From Candidatus Saccharimonadia bacterium (GTDB taxonomy: Bacteria > Patescibacteriota > Saccharimonadia > Saccharimonadales > Saccharimonadaceae), in contig JALRDG010000043.1 of NCBI GenBank assembly GCA_023257055.1, forward strand, positions 1 through 29,150: a stretch of 29,150 nucleotides of DNA, written 5' to 3'. A program made the translations under genes and the position numbers. Each line of letters starts with the position of its first letter. Position 1 is the stretch's first letter. The notes under the pieces are model-generated. The model searched no databases. It had not been told where the DNA came from and saw nothing but the letters and a program-made list of their open reading frames with translations. Positions 1 through 8,066 of this stretch are shown here, piece after piece.

Positions 1-675
1 GCATATGTCGCTTCCCACGACCTACAGGAGCCATTGCGCAAAATCCAAGCATTTGGAAACTTATTGGAAGAAGAATATGGGGAAACGCTTGGTGAAGGTC
101 AGGATTATCTGCGCCGAATGCGCGGCGCGGCCGAGCGAATGAGCGCATTGATTAATGATCTTTTGGCGTTTTCGCGGGTGACAACCAAAAAGGAACCGTT
201 GAAAAGAATTGATCTTGATGCGGTTGTGGCGGGAGTGCTAAGTGATTTAGAAGATTTAATACGTCGTACAGATGGTGTCGTAGAAGTGAGTGATCTACCG
301 GAAGTTGTTGCCGATGCGACACAAATGCGACAACTCTTCCAAAACCTTATCGGCAACGCACTGAAGTTTCGCAAAAAGGATGTACCGGCAATCGTCAAGG
401 TATCTGCAAAAGAAAAGGATGAGGGTATAATTGAAATCTGGGTCGAGGATAACGGTGTTGGTTTTGACGAACAATACCTAGACAAAATCTTTGCCGTGTT
501 CCAGCGTCTCAACGGACGTGATGAATACGAGGGTACAGGTATTGGACTGGCAGTGTGTCGGAAGATTGCTGAACGACACGGTGGAGACATTACCGCCAAA
601 AGCTCCCCAGGAAACGGTGCGACATTCATTGTGACATTACCAAATTTGCAACATAAAGAAGGAGAAGAATTATGA
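1..675 (+). CDS. Sensor histidine kinase, C-terminal part (HisKA + HATPase_c, Cph1/BphP-like transmitter); 5'-truncated by the window edge
   Basis: Frame is open from base 1: AYVASHDLQEPLRKIQAFG (H-box). Also N-box QLFQNLIGNALKF, G1 VEDNGVGF, F-box IFAVFQRL and G2 GTGIGLAVC. The ORF-track start at 34 is an internal TTG. Confidence 0.93.
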   Translation, partial: AYVASHDLQEPLRKIQAFGNLLEEEYGETLGEGQDYLRRMRGAAERMSALINDLLAFSRVTTKKEPLKRIDLDAVVAGVLSDLEDLIRRTDGVVEVSDLPEVVADATQMRQLFQNLIGNALKFRKKDVPAIVKVSAKEKDEGIIEIWVEDNGVGFDEQYLDKIFAVFQRLNGRDEYEGTGIGLAVCRKIAERHGGDITAKSSPGNGATFIVTLPNLQHKEGEEL

Positions 676-1148
676 CCACTGATACGAGTACGAAGGGTAA
701 AGGTATCGTTATCCTTATGGCCGACGACGATGATGATGATTATTTGTTGACAAAAAAAGCCCTCAAGGAAAGTAAGCTGCTCAATCAGCTCATCCGTGTA
801 AAAGATGGTGAAGAACTACTTGAGTATCTTCGTCGCGAGGGGCGATACGAAGGCGTCACTGACGCTGACGCACCGCGCCCGGGGGTAGTTCTTCTTGATC
901 TTAATATGCCTCGTAAAGACGGCCGTGAGGCACTAAAGGACATTAAGTCTGACGAGCGTCTGGCAAGTATCCCGGTTATTGTATTCACGACCTCTAAGGC
1001 TGAAGAAGATATTTATCGCACCTACCAACTTGGCGTCAATTCGTTCATTACGAAACCAGTGACATTTGAAAATCTTACCGAAGTGATGCGTACGCTTGGC
1101 GCCTATTGGTTTGAAATTGTAGAACTTCCGAAAGAGAACAATGCCTGA
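672..1148 (+). CDS. Single-domain response regulator, Rcp1-like receiver
   Basis: ADDDDDD acidic pocket, LLDLNMPRKDG phospho-Asp, FTTS, NSFITKPV. Overlaps the kinase stop by 4 nt (ATGA), indicating translational coupling. Confidence 0.93.
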   Translation: MTTDTSTKGKGIVILMADDDDDDYLLTKKALKESKLLNQLIRVKDGEELLEYLRREGRYEGVTDADAPRPGVVLLDLNMPRKDGREALKDIKSDERLASIPVIVFTTSKAEEDIYRTYQLGVNSFITKPVTFENLTEVMRTLGAYWFEIVELPKENNA

Positions 1149-2259
1149 CGAAGATACCGACATTCGAATATTACTCATTGACGATGACGAAGATGACGCA
1201 TTGCTTTTTAAGAGTGTCATCCGTAAGATACCAGATGGTCGTTTTACGATAGAGTGGGTAAGTAATTACGAAACAGCTCGCCAGGAAATCGCGAAAAGCA
1301 GACATGACGTATATGTCATAGATTATATGTTGGGCGCGGAAAATGGAACGAAACTGCTACGTGAGTTTAAAGCCGTACAGCGACCGCAGCCGTTTATTAT
1401 GCTAACTGGCGCTGCGGATGGTACGCGCGAAAAAGAGGCAATGCGACTCGGCGCAGCTGACTATCTGATTAAAGGAGCGTTTGATGAACAGCTTCTATCG
1501 CGTGTTTTGCAGTACTCTATCCAGCGCAAGCTACTCGAAGCGCAGCGCATTCAACACTTTATCGAAGTGAATCGCTCGAAAGATGAGTTTATTGCTGTCG
1601 CTTCGCACGAGCTTCGAACGCCAGCAACGGCCGTCAAGCAGTATATTGGCATGGTCGTAGATGGATTTGCAGGCGAGATTACTGATACGCAGCGTAACTT
1701 TTTGGAGCGTGCATTTGAGAGTAACGAGCGGCAGCTTCGGATTATTGATGATATTTTGCGAGTGGCACGACTTGATCTTGATACCTTGTCATTGAATGTA
1801 GTGAAACTAGACGTCGGAAAGGTGATTCGCAGCATTATTAAAGATACATCAGGCGTGACTCATAAACGTCAGCAGGACGTACAGTTCAGCGATCCTGATA
1901 AGCCCGTATATGCAATGGCAGACGAGCTGTACTTTCGCATGGCGCTAGCCAATATCATTGATAATGCCAGTAAGTACTCCGAAGAGGGTAAGTCAATTAT
2001 CGTTACATTGAAAAAAGAAGCCAATGCGGCAGTTGTCGAAGTACAGGATTTTGGCGTGGGAATATCAGATGAAGATAAAGAAAAATTATTTGTTAAGTTT
2101 TCCCGTATTCATAACCCACTTTCGATTTTGCGTGGAGGCACTGGGCTTGGCTTGTATTGGTCGCGCGAGATATTAGCGCTTCACAACGGATCCATTTCCG
2201 TTAGTTCGGAACTAAATAAGGGGTCAACTTTCCGTATTTCGGTACCGCTTGCAAAATAA
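1141..2259 (+). CDS. Hybrid receiver-histidine kinase (REC-HisKA-HATPase_c)
   Basis: N-terminal REC (IDDDEDD, VIDYML, MLTG, LIKG), then ASHELRTP, NIIDNASKYS, VQDFGVGI, GTGLGLY. No transmembrane segment. Overlaps the upstream gene by 8 nt. Confidence 0.92.
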   Translation: MPDEDTDIRILLIDDDEDDALLFKSVIRKIPDGRFTIEWVSNYETARQEIAKSRHDVYVIDYMLGAENGTKLLREFKAVQRPQPFIMLTGAADGTREKEAMRLGAADYLIKGAFDEQLLSRVLQYSIQRKLLEAQRIQHFIEVNRSKDEFIAVASHELRTPATAVKQYIGMVVDGFAGEITDTQRNFLERAFESNERQLRIIDDILRVARLDLDTLSLNVVKLDVGKVIRSIIKDTSGVTHKRQQDVQFSDPDKPVYAMADELYFRMALANIIDNASKYSEEGKSIIVTLKKEANAAVVEVQDFGVGISDEDKEKLFVKFSRIHNPLSILRGGTGLGLYWSREILALHNGSISVSSELNKGSTFRISVPLAK

Positions 2260-2279
2260 TATACGCCATAAAAATTGTA

Positions 2280-2307
2280 GGCCGCCAGCGAGGATTCGCT
2301 GGCGGCC
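2280..2307. terminator. GC-rich hairpin between convergent genes, probable terminator
   Basis: ggccgccagcga-ggat-tcgctggcggcc, a perfect 12-bp stem. A T-run follows on the minus strand only. Confidence 0.65.
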
Positions 2308-2328
2308 GTAATGTAACAAGGAGTAGTG

Positions 2329-3117
2329 CTACGAACGAGCTTGTTCGGTAGTGTTTTTTTGCACGCCCAATAGAACATCTCGCAGTCGCAATCCGTCGCG
2401 CATGCAACGAAAAATCTCTCGCTCCTCGTACTTATTCGTATCGGGGTCATAGACCATAATCTTCATGGTCCAGCTATCTAGTCGCAACTGCTGTTCAGGC
2501 ATTGACTGTCCAACCTTGATTTTTTCGTGAATCATCGCAATCGACCAGTCCTGTGTGTGCGATGGCACGAACAGCAGGCGGCTTGGTTTGATACATTCAC
2601 TAAGTCGGTGATAGGTGGCGGTGTATATTGTATTTTTGTACAAATACCGCTGCCGATAGAGGAGGAACGCCACTACAAGATATGCGACGCCAATCAGTAA
2701 GAAAACAGGCATGATGCGTGTAGGGGTTTCACTTTGAAATATCGTGTAAATGACCGCCACGGTCACGAGGACGAGAATAAGCGAAGCGAGAATGTACTTC
2801 CACGACTTAATGATGAAATACAGTGGATGGCGAGTTTCTTTGTAAGTAGCCTCTGCCTCGTCTTCGTCGTCGGAGACGCCCTTCACTCCCTCTTCTAATT
2901 CTTCTTCAAGCTCATCTCGTTGATGCTTGGATGTATTATAATGCTCGTGTCTTTTCTGATCGATGTAGTAGTCGAGTTCATCATCCGGTATGGGCTGAAT
3001 CCTGTCTTCGTCATAGGGTAGCATGATCGCTTCAATAGGCTCTGCCGGCTCCCGGGGCGATTGAGGTTCGTTCGTACCTTCGGTGAATGAATGATTTCTC
3101 TTCTTCAATGAGAACAC
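2329..3117 (-). CDS. Hypothetical membrane protein: acidic N-terminus, 2 TM helices, possible bacterial PH-like C-terminal domain
   Basis: 262-aa ORF with two hydrophobic helices (YILASLILVLVTVAVIYTIF; IMPVFLLIGVAYLVVAFLLY). YTATYHRL...IKVGQSMPEQQL resembles the bPH_2 pattern. AAGGAG at 3119-3124 favours the TTG at 3108 as the start. Confidence 0.7.
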   Translation of the reverse strand: MFSLKKRNHSFTEGTNEPQSPREPAEPIEAIMLPYDEDRIQPIPDDELDYYIDQKRHEHYNTSKHQRDELEEELEEGVKGVSDDEDEAEATYKETRHPLYFIIKSWKYILASLILVLVTVAVIYTIFQSETPTRIMPVFLLIGVAYLVVAFLLYRQRYLYKNTIYTATYHRLSECIKPSRLLFVPSHTQDWSIAMIHEKIKVGQSMPEQQLRLDSWTMKIMVYDPDTNKYEEREIFRCMRDGLRLRDVLLGVQKNTTEQARS

Positions 3118-3224
3118 ACTCCTTATTACGTAAGGTGCGACTGCATAAAAGATAGCAATCTGCTCTTGTTATACCTGATATGTTATAGAACGTCAAAGTA
3201 AAGCACGTTATACTGATAAGAAGT

Positions 3225-3848
3225 ATGCAGTTACATCGTGCACAAGAGAAGCCGGATTGGGAAGTAGTGCTGCCCGAACATCGCAATGGTTGGCAGCGAG
3301 TGGCGGCCCGCACTAGAGGTGTCATAACACCGGCAAACGGCATTACGATAGTAGGGTGTGTAATTGTCTTGATAGGGCTATGGTGTCTGTACGTAGAGGT
3401 GTACTGGTGGTCGGCATTTCTTTTTGTTATTGGAAGATTATTTGATGTGGCTGATGGCTATGTAGCTGAATTGACCAAAACGAAAAGTCCATTTGGGGAG
3501 TTGCTTGACGCCGGCGTTGATAAATTCATTACTATCGGTGTAGTGATTGCATTGGGAATACTGCAGCTTGCATCATGGTGGTTAATTGGAATTATTGCAG
3601 TCCCGCAAATTGTTATTGCTGCAATTTCTTATCGAGCGAGACGACGAAAAGTCCACCTGCACCCTTCACGACTAGGGAAGTATAGTATGGCTCTCGTGTG
3701 GTGCGGATTTTCCTTGCTCATTATGGCAGTTGCGACTGATGGTCAAATGGCTCACGCTATTGGTATCGGTGCGTACGGTGTGATTGTAGTGGCTGTGGCT
3801 ATGAGTGGGTATGCCGCCTACGTGTATGCCTGTAGTAAAGCTGAGTAA
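3225..3848 (+). CDS. CDP-alcohol phosphatidyltransferase family protein (PgsA/Pss/Pis-like)
   Basis: Signature DVADGYVAE...SPFGELLDAGVDK (DxxDGxxAR...GxxxDxxxD) and multiple TM helices. Confidence 0.9.
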   Translation: MQLHRAQEKPDWEVVLPEHRNGWQRVAARTRGVITPANGITIVGCVIVLIGLWCLYVEVYWWSAFLFVIGRLFDVADGYVAELTKTKSPFGELLDAGVDKFITIGVVIALGILQLASWWLIGIIAVPQIVIAAISYRARRRKVHLHPSRLGKYSMALVWCGFSLLIMAVATDGQMAHAIGIGAYGVIVVAVAMSGYAAYVYACSKAE

Positions 3849-4406
3849 CTAGATCGGCTCTTTCTTTAATCCGATCCGCCAGCCGATATAGCAAACGATG
3901 ATATGCATACCAAACCATAAAAAGAGGATGATCAAATACTGGATGGCAGAAAGCAAGGCAAACGGCAAGGTTATAATAATTGTGCCAATAATATAATCAA
4001 CTTGATCGAATGGCACCCAAGCCTTGCCTGATGGTATGCCTCGCCGGCGCTTAAAAAAACTTTCAATCGCATCGCCGCCAAGTGCGCCAATAGCAAATAA
4101 TGGGCCAAGCAGTAATACCGGCAGGTGTGAATAATCAATACTTCCGGCAGCATATTGAGCCCATGAGGTATGTTCAGTAGCGATCTGTTGTAGCCATAAT
4201 GTTACAGTGGCGATGAAGATGCCGCTCATGAGGCCACGCCACGTTTTATTGTCACCAAGTAGGCGTTGGCCACGCCAACTGCGACCGTAGTCAATAGGTG
4301 TATTAAAGCGTGACAAAAATGGCAGATGAGCACTAAGAACGGGGGCTATGTTTGCTAAACCTGCAGGCAGTAGAAACCATAGAGCAAACACAATCATTTG
4401 TAGCAT
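3849..4406 (-). CDS. carS: CarS-like (CDP-archaeol synthase / DUF46 family) cytidylyltransferase
   Basis: ANIAPVL, PIDYGRSWRGQRLLGDNKTWRG and GDAIESFFKRRRGIPSGKAWVPFDQVD match the PxD-G...G-xKTW-G and GD-xxSF-KRR-G...DQxD motifs of the CarS family. Confidence 0.85.
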   Translation of the reverse strand: MLQMIVFALWFLLPAGLANIAPVLSAHLPFLSRFNTPIDYGRSWRGQRLLGDNKTWRGLMSGIFIATVTLWLQQIATEHTSWAQYAAGSIDYSHLPVLLLGPLFAIGALGGDAIESFFKRRRGIPSGKAWVPFDQVDYIIGTIIITLPFALLSAIQYLIILFLWFGMHIIVCYIGWRIGLKKEPI

Positions 4407-4436
4407 CCTTTTAGTATACGGTAGACTTATAAGAGG
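4407..4436. promoter_or_regulatory. Compact bidirectional promoter (two back-to-back -10 boxes)
   Basis: 30-bp gap with TATACT (minus, 4418-4413) 6 nt before the carS-like ATG and TAGACT (plus, 4422-4427) 9 nt before the methyltransferase ATG. Confidence 0.6.
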
Positions 4437-5024
4437 ATGCTAGACACGAAAGTATTATTATCAGATCAAGTTGATGCGCGCGAAATTGCCCTTGTTCTGC
4501 GTGAGCTCGACCGGACACGTGGCGTCGCTGGTGACATTGTAGAATTTGGTTGCTATGTGGGGACGACTAGCGTATTCCTCGGGACTCAACGAGAAAAAGG
4601 CAAGCAGCTGTTTCTTTACGATTCTTTCGAAGGGCTTCCTGAAAAAGGATTGCAAGATATATCTCCTGTCGGCCAGCAATTTGTCGCCGGAGAATTAGCA
4701 GCAACAAAGAAACAACTTCTTTCGAATCTCAAACGTGCGGGCGTGCACGATGCAAGGGTAAAAAAAGCCTGGTTTTCCGATTTAACGGACGTAGACGTCC
4801 CCGAGAGTATCAGCTTTGCATTTCTTGATGGGGATTATTATGACTCCATTCTTATACCACTCCAGCTCATTTGGGAGCGGTTGTCTCCTGGTGCAATTGT
4901 CATCGTGGATGATTACGCCAACGAAGCACTGCCCGGCGCCGCGCGCGCGGTAGACACATGGCTACACCGACACGATGCTTCGCTTCATATCGAGCATTCA
5001 CTGGCCATTATGCGGCTCCCTTGA
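4437..5024 (+). CDS. TylF/MycF/NovP-family O-methyltransferase
   Basis: GDIVEFGCYVG, LYDSFEGLP, AFLDGDYYDS and GAIVIVDDY are characteristic TylF-family motifs. Confidence 0.87.
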   Translation: MLDTKVLLSDQVDAREIALVLRELDRTRGVAGDIVEFGCYVGTTSVFLGTQREKGKQLFLYDSFEGLPEKGLQDISPVGQQFVAGELAATKKQLLSNLKRAGVHDARVKKAWFSDLTDVDVPESISFAFLDGDYYDSILIPLQLIWERLSPGAIVIVDDYANEALPGAARAVDTWLHRHDASLHIEHSLAIMRLP

Positions 5025-5538
5025 ACCATTTTGCGTAGGCTTTTCGGGCTTTTACAATTTTTGGAGCTATTACTATCGAGCAGTAGCCACTGGCGGGCCA
5101 CTTACTGAAATAATCTTGGTGCTCGTCTTCTGCTGGATAGAAAGCTGTCAGACTAGTGATTTCAGTAACAATTGGATCGTCCCAGTGTTGCTGTGCCCGC
5201 CTTTTGGCGGCGGTGAATGCAGCGGATTGTTGATCATCAGTTGCAAGCATAATTGAGCGGTATTGTGGCCCGGTATCTGCACCTTGCTGGTTAGGAGTTG
5301 TCGGGTTATGCAGAATAAAAAACAGATCGAGAATGACATCAGCAGGGATTATTGCTTCGTCGAACGTAATAGACACAACTTCAGCGTGGCCGGTTTGACC
5401 GCTTGCTACGGTATAGTAGTTTGGATAATGTTCGTCGCCGCCAGCATAGCCAGACACGACATCCGTCACTCCACGTAGCTGGCGATACACCGCATCAAGA
5501 CACCAAAAGCAGCCGCCCCCTAAAATGTATGTTGTCAT
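5008..5538 (-). CDS. msrA: Peptide-methionine (S)-S-oxide reductase
   Basis: GGGCFWC, VSGYAGG, GHAEVV, HNPT, QGADTGPQYRS and AEDEHQDY, plus a resolving Cys in GYC. Confidence 0.96.
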   Translation of the reverse strand: MTTYILGGGCFWCLDAVYRQLRGVTDVVSGYAGGDEHYPNYYTVASGQTGHAEVVSITFDEAIIPADVILDLFFILHNPTTPNQQGADTGPQYRSIMLATDDQQSAAFTAAKRRAQQHWDDPIVTEITSLTAFYPAEDEHQDYFSKWPASGYCSIVIAPKIVKARKAYAKWFKGAA

Positions 5539-5575
5539 AGTATCCTTAAGTATACCGGTTCATATTTTTAGTGTT

Positions 5576-5591
5576 CGTAAGAATTATTACA
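5576..5591. promoter_or_regulatory. Candidate Crp/Fnr-family binding site shared by divergent msrA and yihY
   Basis: CGTAA-gaatta-TTACA (contains GTA-N8-TAC). It lies 37 nt from msrA's -10 (TATACT, minus, 5554-5549) and 38 nt from yihY's extended -10 (TGC-GATACT, 5614-5619). Confidence 0.62.
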
Positions 5592-5628
5592 GATAAATGA
5601 AGATACCGGCTGCGATACTAAGCGATAT

Positions 5629-6615
5629 ATGAAACAATTTATTACACTACTGACAAAGTTGCCATTATGGGTGTACGGGGTTGGCCTCGGTATGTTGGCG
5701 CTGCTAGTTACGGCCGGCGCTGGCGCTAAAGAACGGTATATTGACGCCGCCGATAAACCAGCCGATCTATCAATGAAAGATTGGCGTAATGCGCTTATGG
5801 AAACAAAAGATGCGCTCAAAGACAAAAATATAAATATGATTGCTGCCGGTATCAGTTATTTTTCCTCATTGGCATTTTTTCCGCTCATTGCTGCCGCGGT
5901 TGCGATTGCGTTTTTGGCTATAACGCCCGAGCAAATTGAAACTTTGTTTACGTCTTTGGAAGGCTATTTACCTCCCGATGTAGCAAGCCTTCTATCTGAA
6001 CAGCTGTCAAAACAGGCCTCTTCCGATAAAGGTAATCTGCTCGTAGCTATCGGCGCTATTCTAGTTTCGTTATTCAGTGCGTCGGGAGCTATCGATAAAC
6101 TGATTAAGGGTCTCAGTATTGCCTATGACACCGAAGAAACTCGTGGATTTGTGAAGTTAAAACTGCTCAGTATTGCCCTAACCTTTGCCGGAATCTTGAT
6201 TGGTTTCGTTATTGTCGGCCTACTGGCCTTAAATAATTCGATTCTTGGTGCTGTCGGCATTGGCGGTGTGACTGCATGGATTATTTTGGCACTTCGATGG
6301 GTGTTGCTGATTGTTATTATATCTCTCGTCCTCGCAGCATTATTTCGTTATGGTCCCGACCGCCCAACGGCAAAATGGCAGTGGGTGAGCTGGGGTGCTA
6401 TTGCAGCAACGATATTATGGCTGCTGGGAACAATTGCCTTCTTTGTATACGTGCAATATTTTGCAAACTTTACGCAGTCGTACAGTATCTTTGCCGGTAT
6501 CATCATCTTAATGATGTGGCTGAATCTTTCCGCGCTTATTATGCTGATTGGAGCGCAAGTAAACCATCGACTTGAAACGAAAACCAGCCGACCGAAAGTC
6601 CTCAATTTTAAGTAA
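5629..6615 (+). CDS. yihY: YihY/virulence factor BrkB family membrane protein
   Basis: MIAAGISYFSSLAFFP, LFSAS, AYDTEETRG, FRYGPDR...WQWVSWGA and FANFTQSYSIFAGIIILMMWLNLSA.IGA follow the family pattern. Confidence 0.9.
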   Translation: MKQFITLLTKLPLWVYGVGLGMLALLVTAGAGAKERYIDAADKPADLSMKDWRNALMETKDALKDKNINMIAAGISYFSSLAFFPLIAAAVAIAFLAITPEQIETLFTSLEGYLPPDVASLLSEQLSKQASSDKGNLLVAIGAILVSLFSASGAIDKLIKGLSIAYDTEETRGFVKLKLLSIALTFAGILIGFVIVGLLALNNSILGAVGIGGVTAWIILALRWVLLIVIISLVLAALFRYGPDRPTAKWQWVSWGAIAATILWLLGTIAFFVYVQYFANFTQSYSIFAGIIILMMWLNLSALIMLIGAQVNHRLETKTSRPKVLNFK

Positions 6616-6717
6616 AAAGCAAGCTTTTCGCGTTGTAAAAACTAAATGCTACGATTGTTGACCCCGCGAGATTGCAGTGTTTAAATACGAAGGTATTAAT
6701 TATAACAAGGGGAAGAC

Positions 6718-7974
6718 ATGAAGCAGCTACGATATGTATTGCTAAGTGGATTGATGGTGGGCTCTCTAGCTTTTGCACAAAGTGCAACGGTTTTGGCAGC
6801 CGAGCAAATAACGGAAGCAGAAAATATGACACGCGAGTACGGCACACAGGAGGTGTGGTCGGACAGTACAGCCTCTGGCGGTAAAAAGCGTATTCTTTGG
6901 AATAATGGTGCTGCATACGGCACACTAAAGGCATCGGGCGGTTTTACGCAAATTGACATCCGAGCCAAGGGTGATCACTATGGATCGGCGTATCCAAAAG
7001 TGGATGTGTGGGTCGACCATGTCTTTATCAAAACGATTTCGCTCGACAGTGAATACTGGAAAACGTTTTCAGTGACGGGTAATTGGGCTGCCGGTGACCA
7101 TCGTTTGTATCTTGAATACACGAACGACCATAAGCACCGAGGTGTTATTCTGGATTCAGCGGTCGCGGCAAATGTTACGACACCAACAGAGCCAACACCA
7201 ACTGAACCGGTACCAACGATTCCTGGAGATAACACCAATGGTTCTGGCGGCGCGAAAACCGATCAGACATTTCTTTCGTATTCGAACGGAACATATACCT
7301 CCCGGTATCACCTTTATGCGGCCGGACTTGATTGGACGAAGCCAGTCGGCGCATTGATTTATGCGGACGGTTCGGGTGAATACGGCCTGAAGAACCCATC
7401 GAGCACCTATCTTCTTGCGGGGACAAACGGTCTCGTGAATGTCGCTAAGCGAAACAACATGGTACTTATTACCCCATTCGCACCAAATACTGCCTGCGCT
7501 GATGGCGGCGGCTCCTGCTGGTATCAGGGTGATTCTGTTGGCTATACAAAATGGGCTGAATCACTTGTGCAGGATATCTACACGAAATACCCAATTGATA
7601 AAAGTCGTGTAGCGATGGGTGGCTATTCATCGGGTGCGCAACTAGCGGCACGCTATTGGACGCCATCGGGTGCCGCGCAGCGAACCATGAATGACGGAGT
7701 CATTGTTTCTATCTCTTGTGGCGGTAATCCTGCCATGACCGAGACTACGTATACGACAGCATTCAAGGCGAATGTGCACATGAACTGGAATACAGGTGAT
7801 CAAGACGATTCATGTCCACACACAGCTACCTGGAGTACAAACGGTGGTTATACGCACTACACAAATCTAGGCTTTAACACTTCCCGTGATATTTTGCCTG
7901 GAGTGACGCACAACCGTTCTGGACAGTTCGGTAATATTGTGGAAGCACAAATCAAAGAACACGTTAAGCTGTAA
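6718..7974 (+). CDS. Secreted protein: signal peptide, carbohydrate-binding-module-like beta domain, Pro/Thr linker, alpha/beta-hydrolase (esterase/PHB-depolymerase-like) domain
   Basis: Signal MKQLRYVLLSGLMVGSLAFA; CBM-like segment (YPKVDVWVD...W..F...GDH.L.L.YTND); linker TTPTEPTPTEPVPT; nucleophile elbow GYSSG; candidate Asp (GDQDD) and His (GVTHN). Confidence 0.75.
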   Translation: MKQLRYVLLSGLMVGSLAFAQSATVLAAEQITEAENMTREYGTQEVWSDSTASGGKKRILWNNGAAYGTLKASGGFTQIDIRAKGDHYGSAYPKVDVWVDHVFIKTISLDSEYWKTFSVTGNWAAGDHRLYLEYTNDHKHRGVILDSAVAANVTTPTEPTPTEPVPTIPGDNTNGSGGAKTDQTFLSYSNGTYTSRYHLYAAGLDWTKPVGALIYADGSGEYGLKNPSSTYLLAGTNGLVNVAKRNNMVLITPFAPNTACADGGGSCWYQGDSVGYTKWAESLVQDIYTKYPIDKSRVAMGGYSSGAQLAARYWTPSGAAQRTMNDGVIVSISCGGNPAMTETTYTTAFKANVHMNWNTGDQDDSCPHTATWSTNGGYTHYTNLGFNTSRDILPGVTHNRSGQFGNIVEAQIKEHVKL

Positions 7975-7991
7975 ATAGTTGACGTAACTAC

Positions 7992-8028
7992 ACAATACAG
8001 GCCGTGTATATGCGGCCTGTATTGTTTT
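7992..8028 (+). terminator. Intrinsic terminator
   Basis: acaatacaggccg ... cggcctgtattgt (13-bp stem) running into a T-run, just after the stop at 7974. Confidence 0.8.
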
Positions 8029-8066
8029 GCCAAAAGAGTTCATCTATAAGGAAGAGTTGCCTGGCT

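Noticed and set aside
105-629. 174-aa antisense ORF inside the first kinase, and the many other 60-140 aa shadow ORFs in the track
   Set aside because: They lie wholly within recognisable genes, show no motifs, and have the Ser/Arg-rich composition typical of off-frame translation.
7180-7220. Repetitive ACACCAAC-type DNA
   Set aside because: Fully explained by the TPTEP linker of the secreted esterase.
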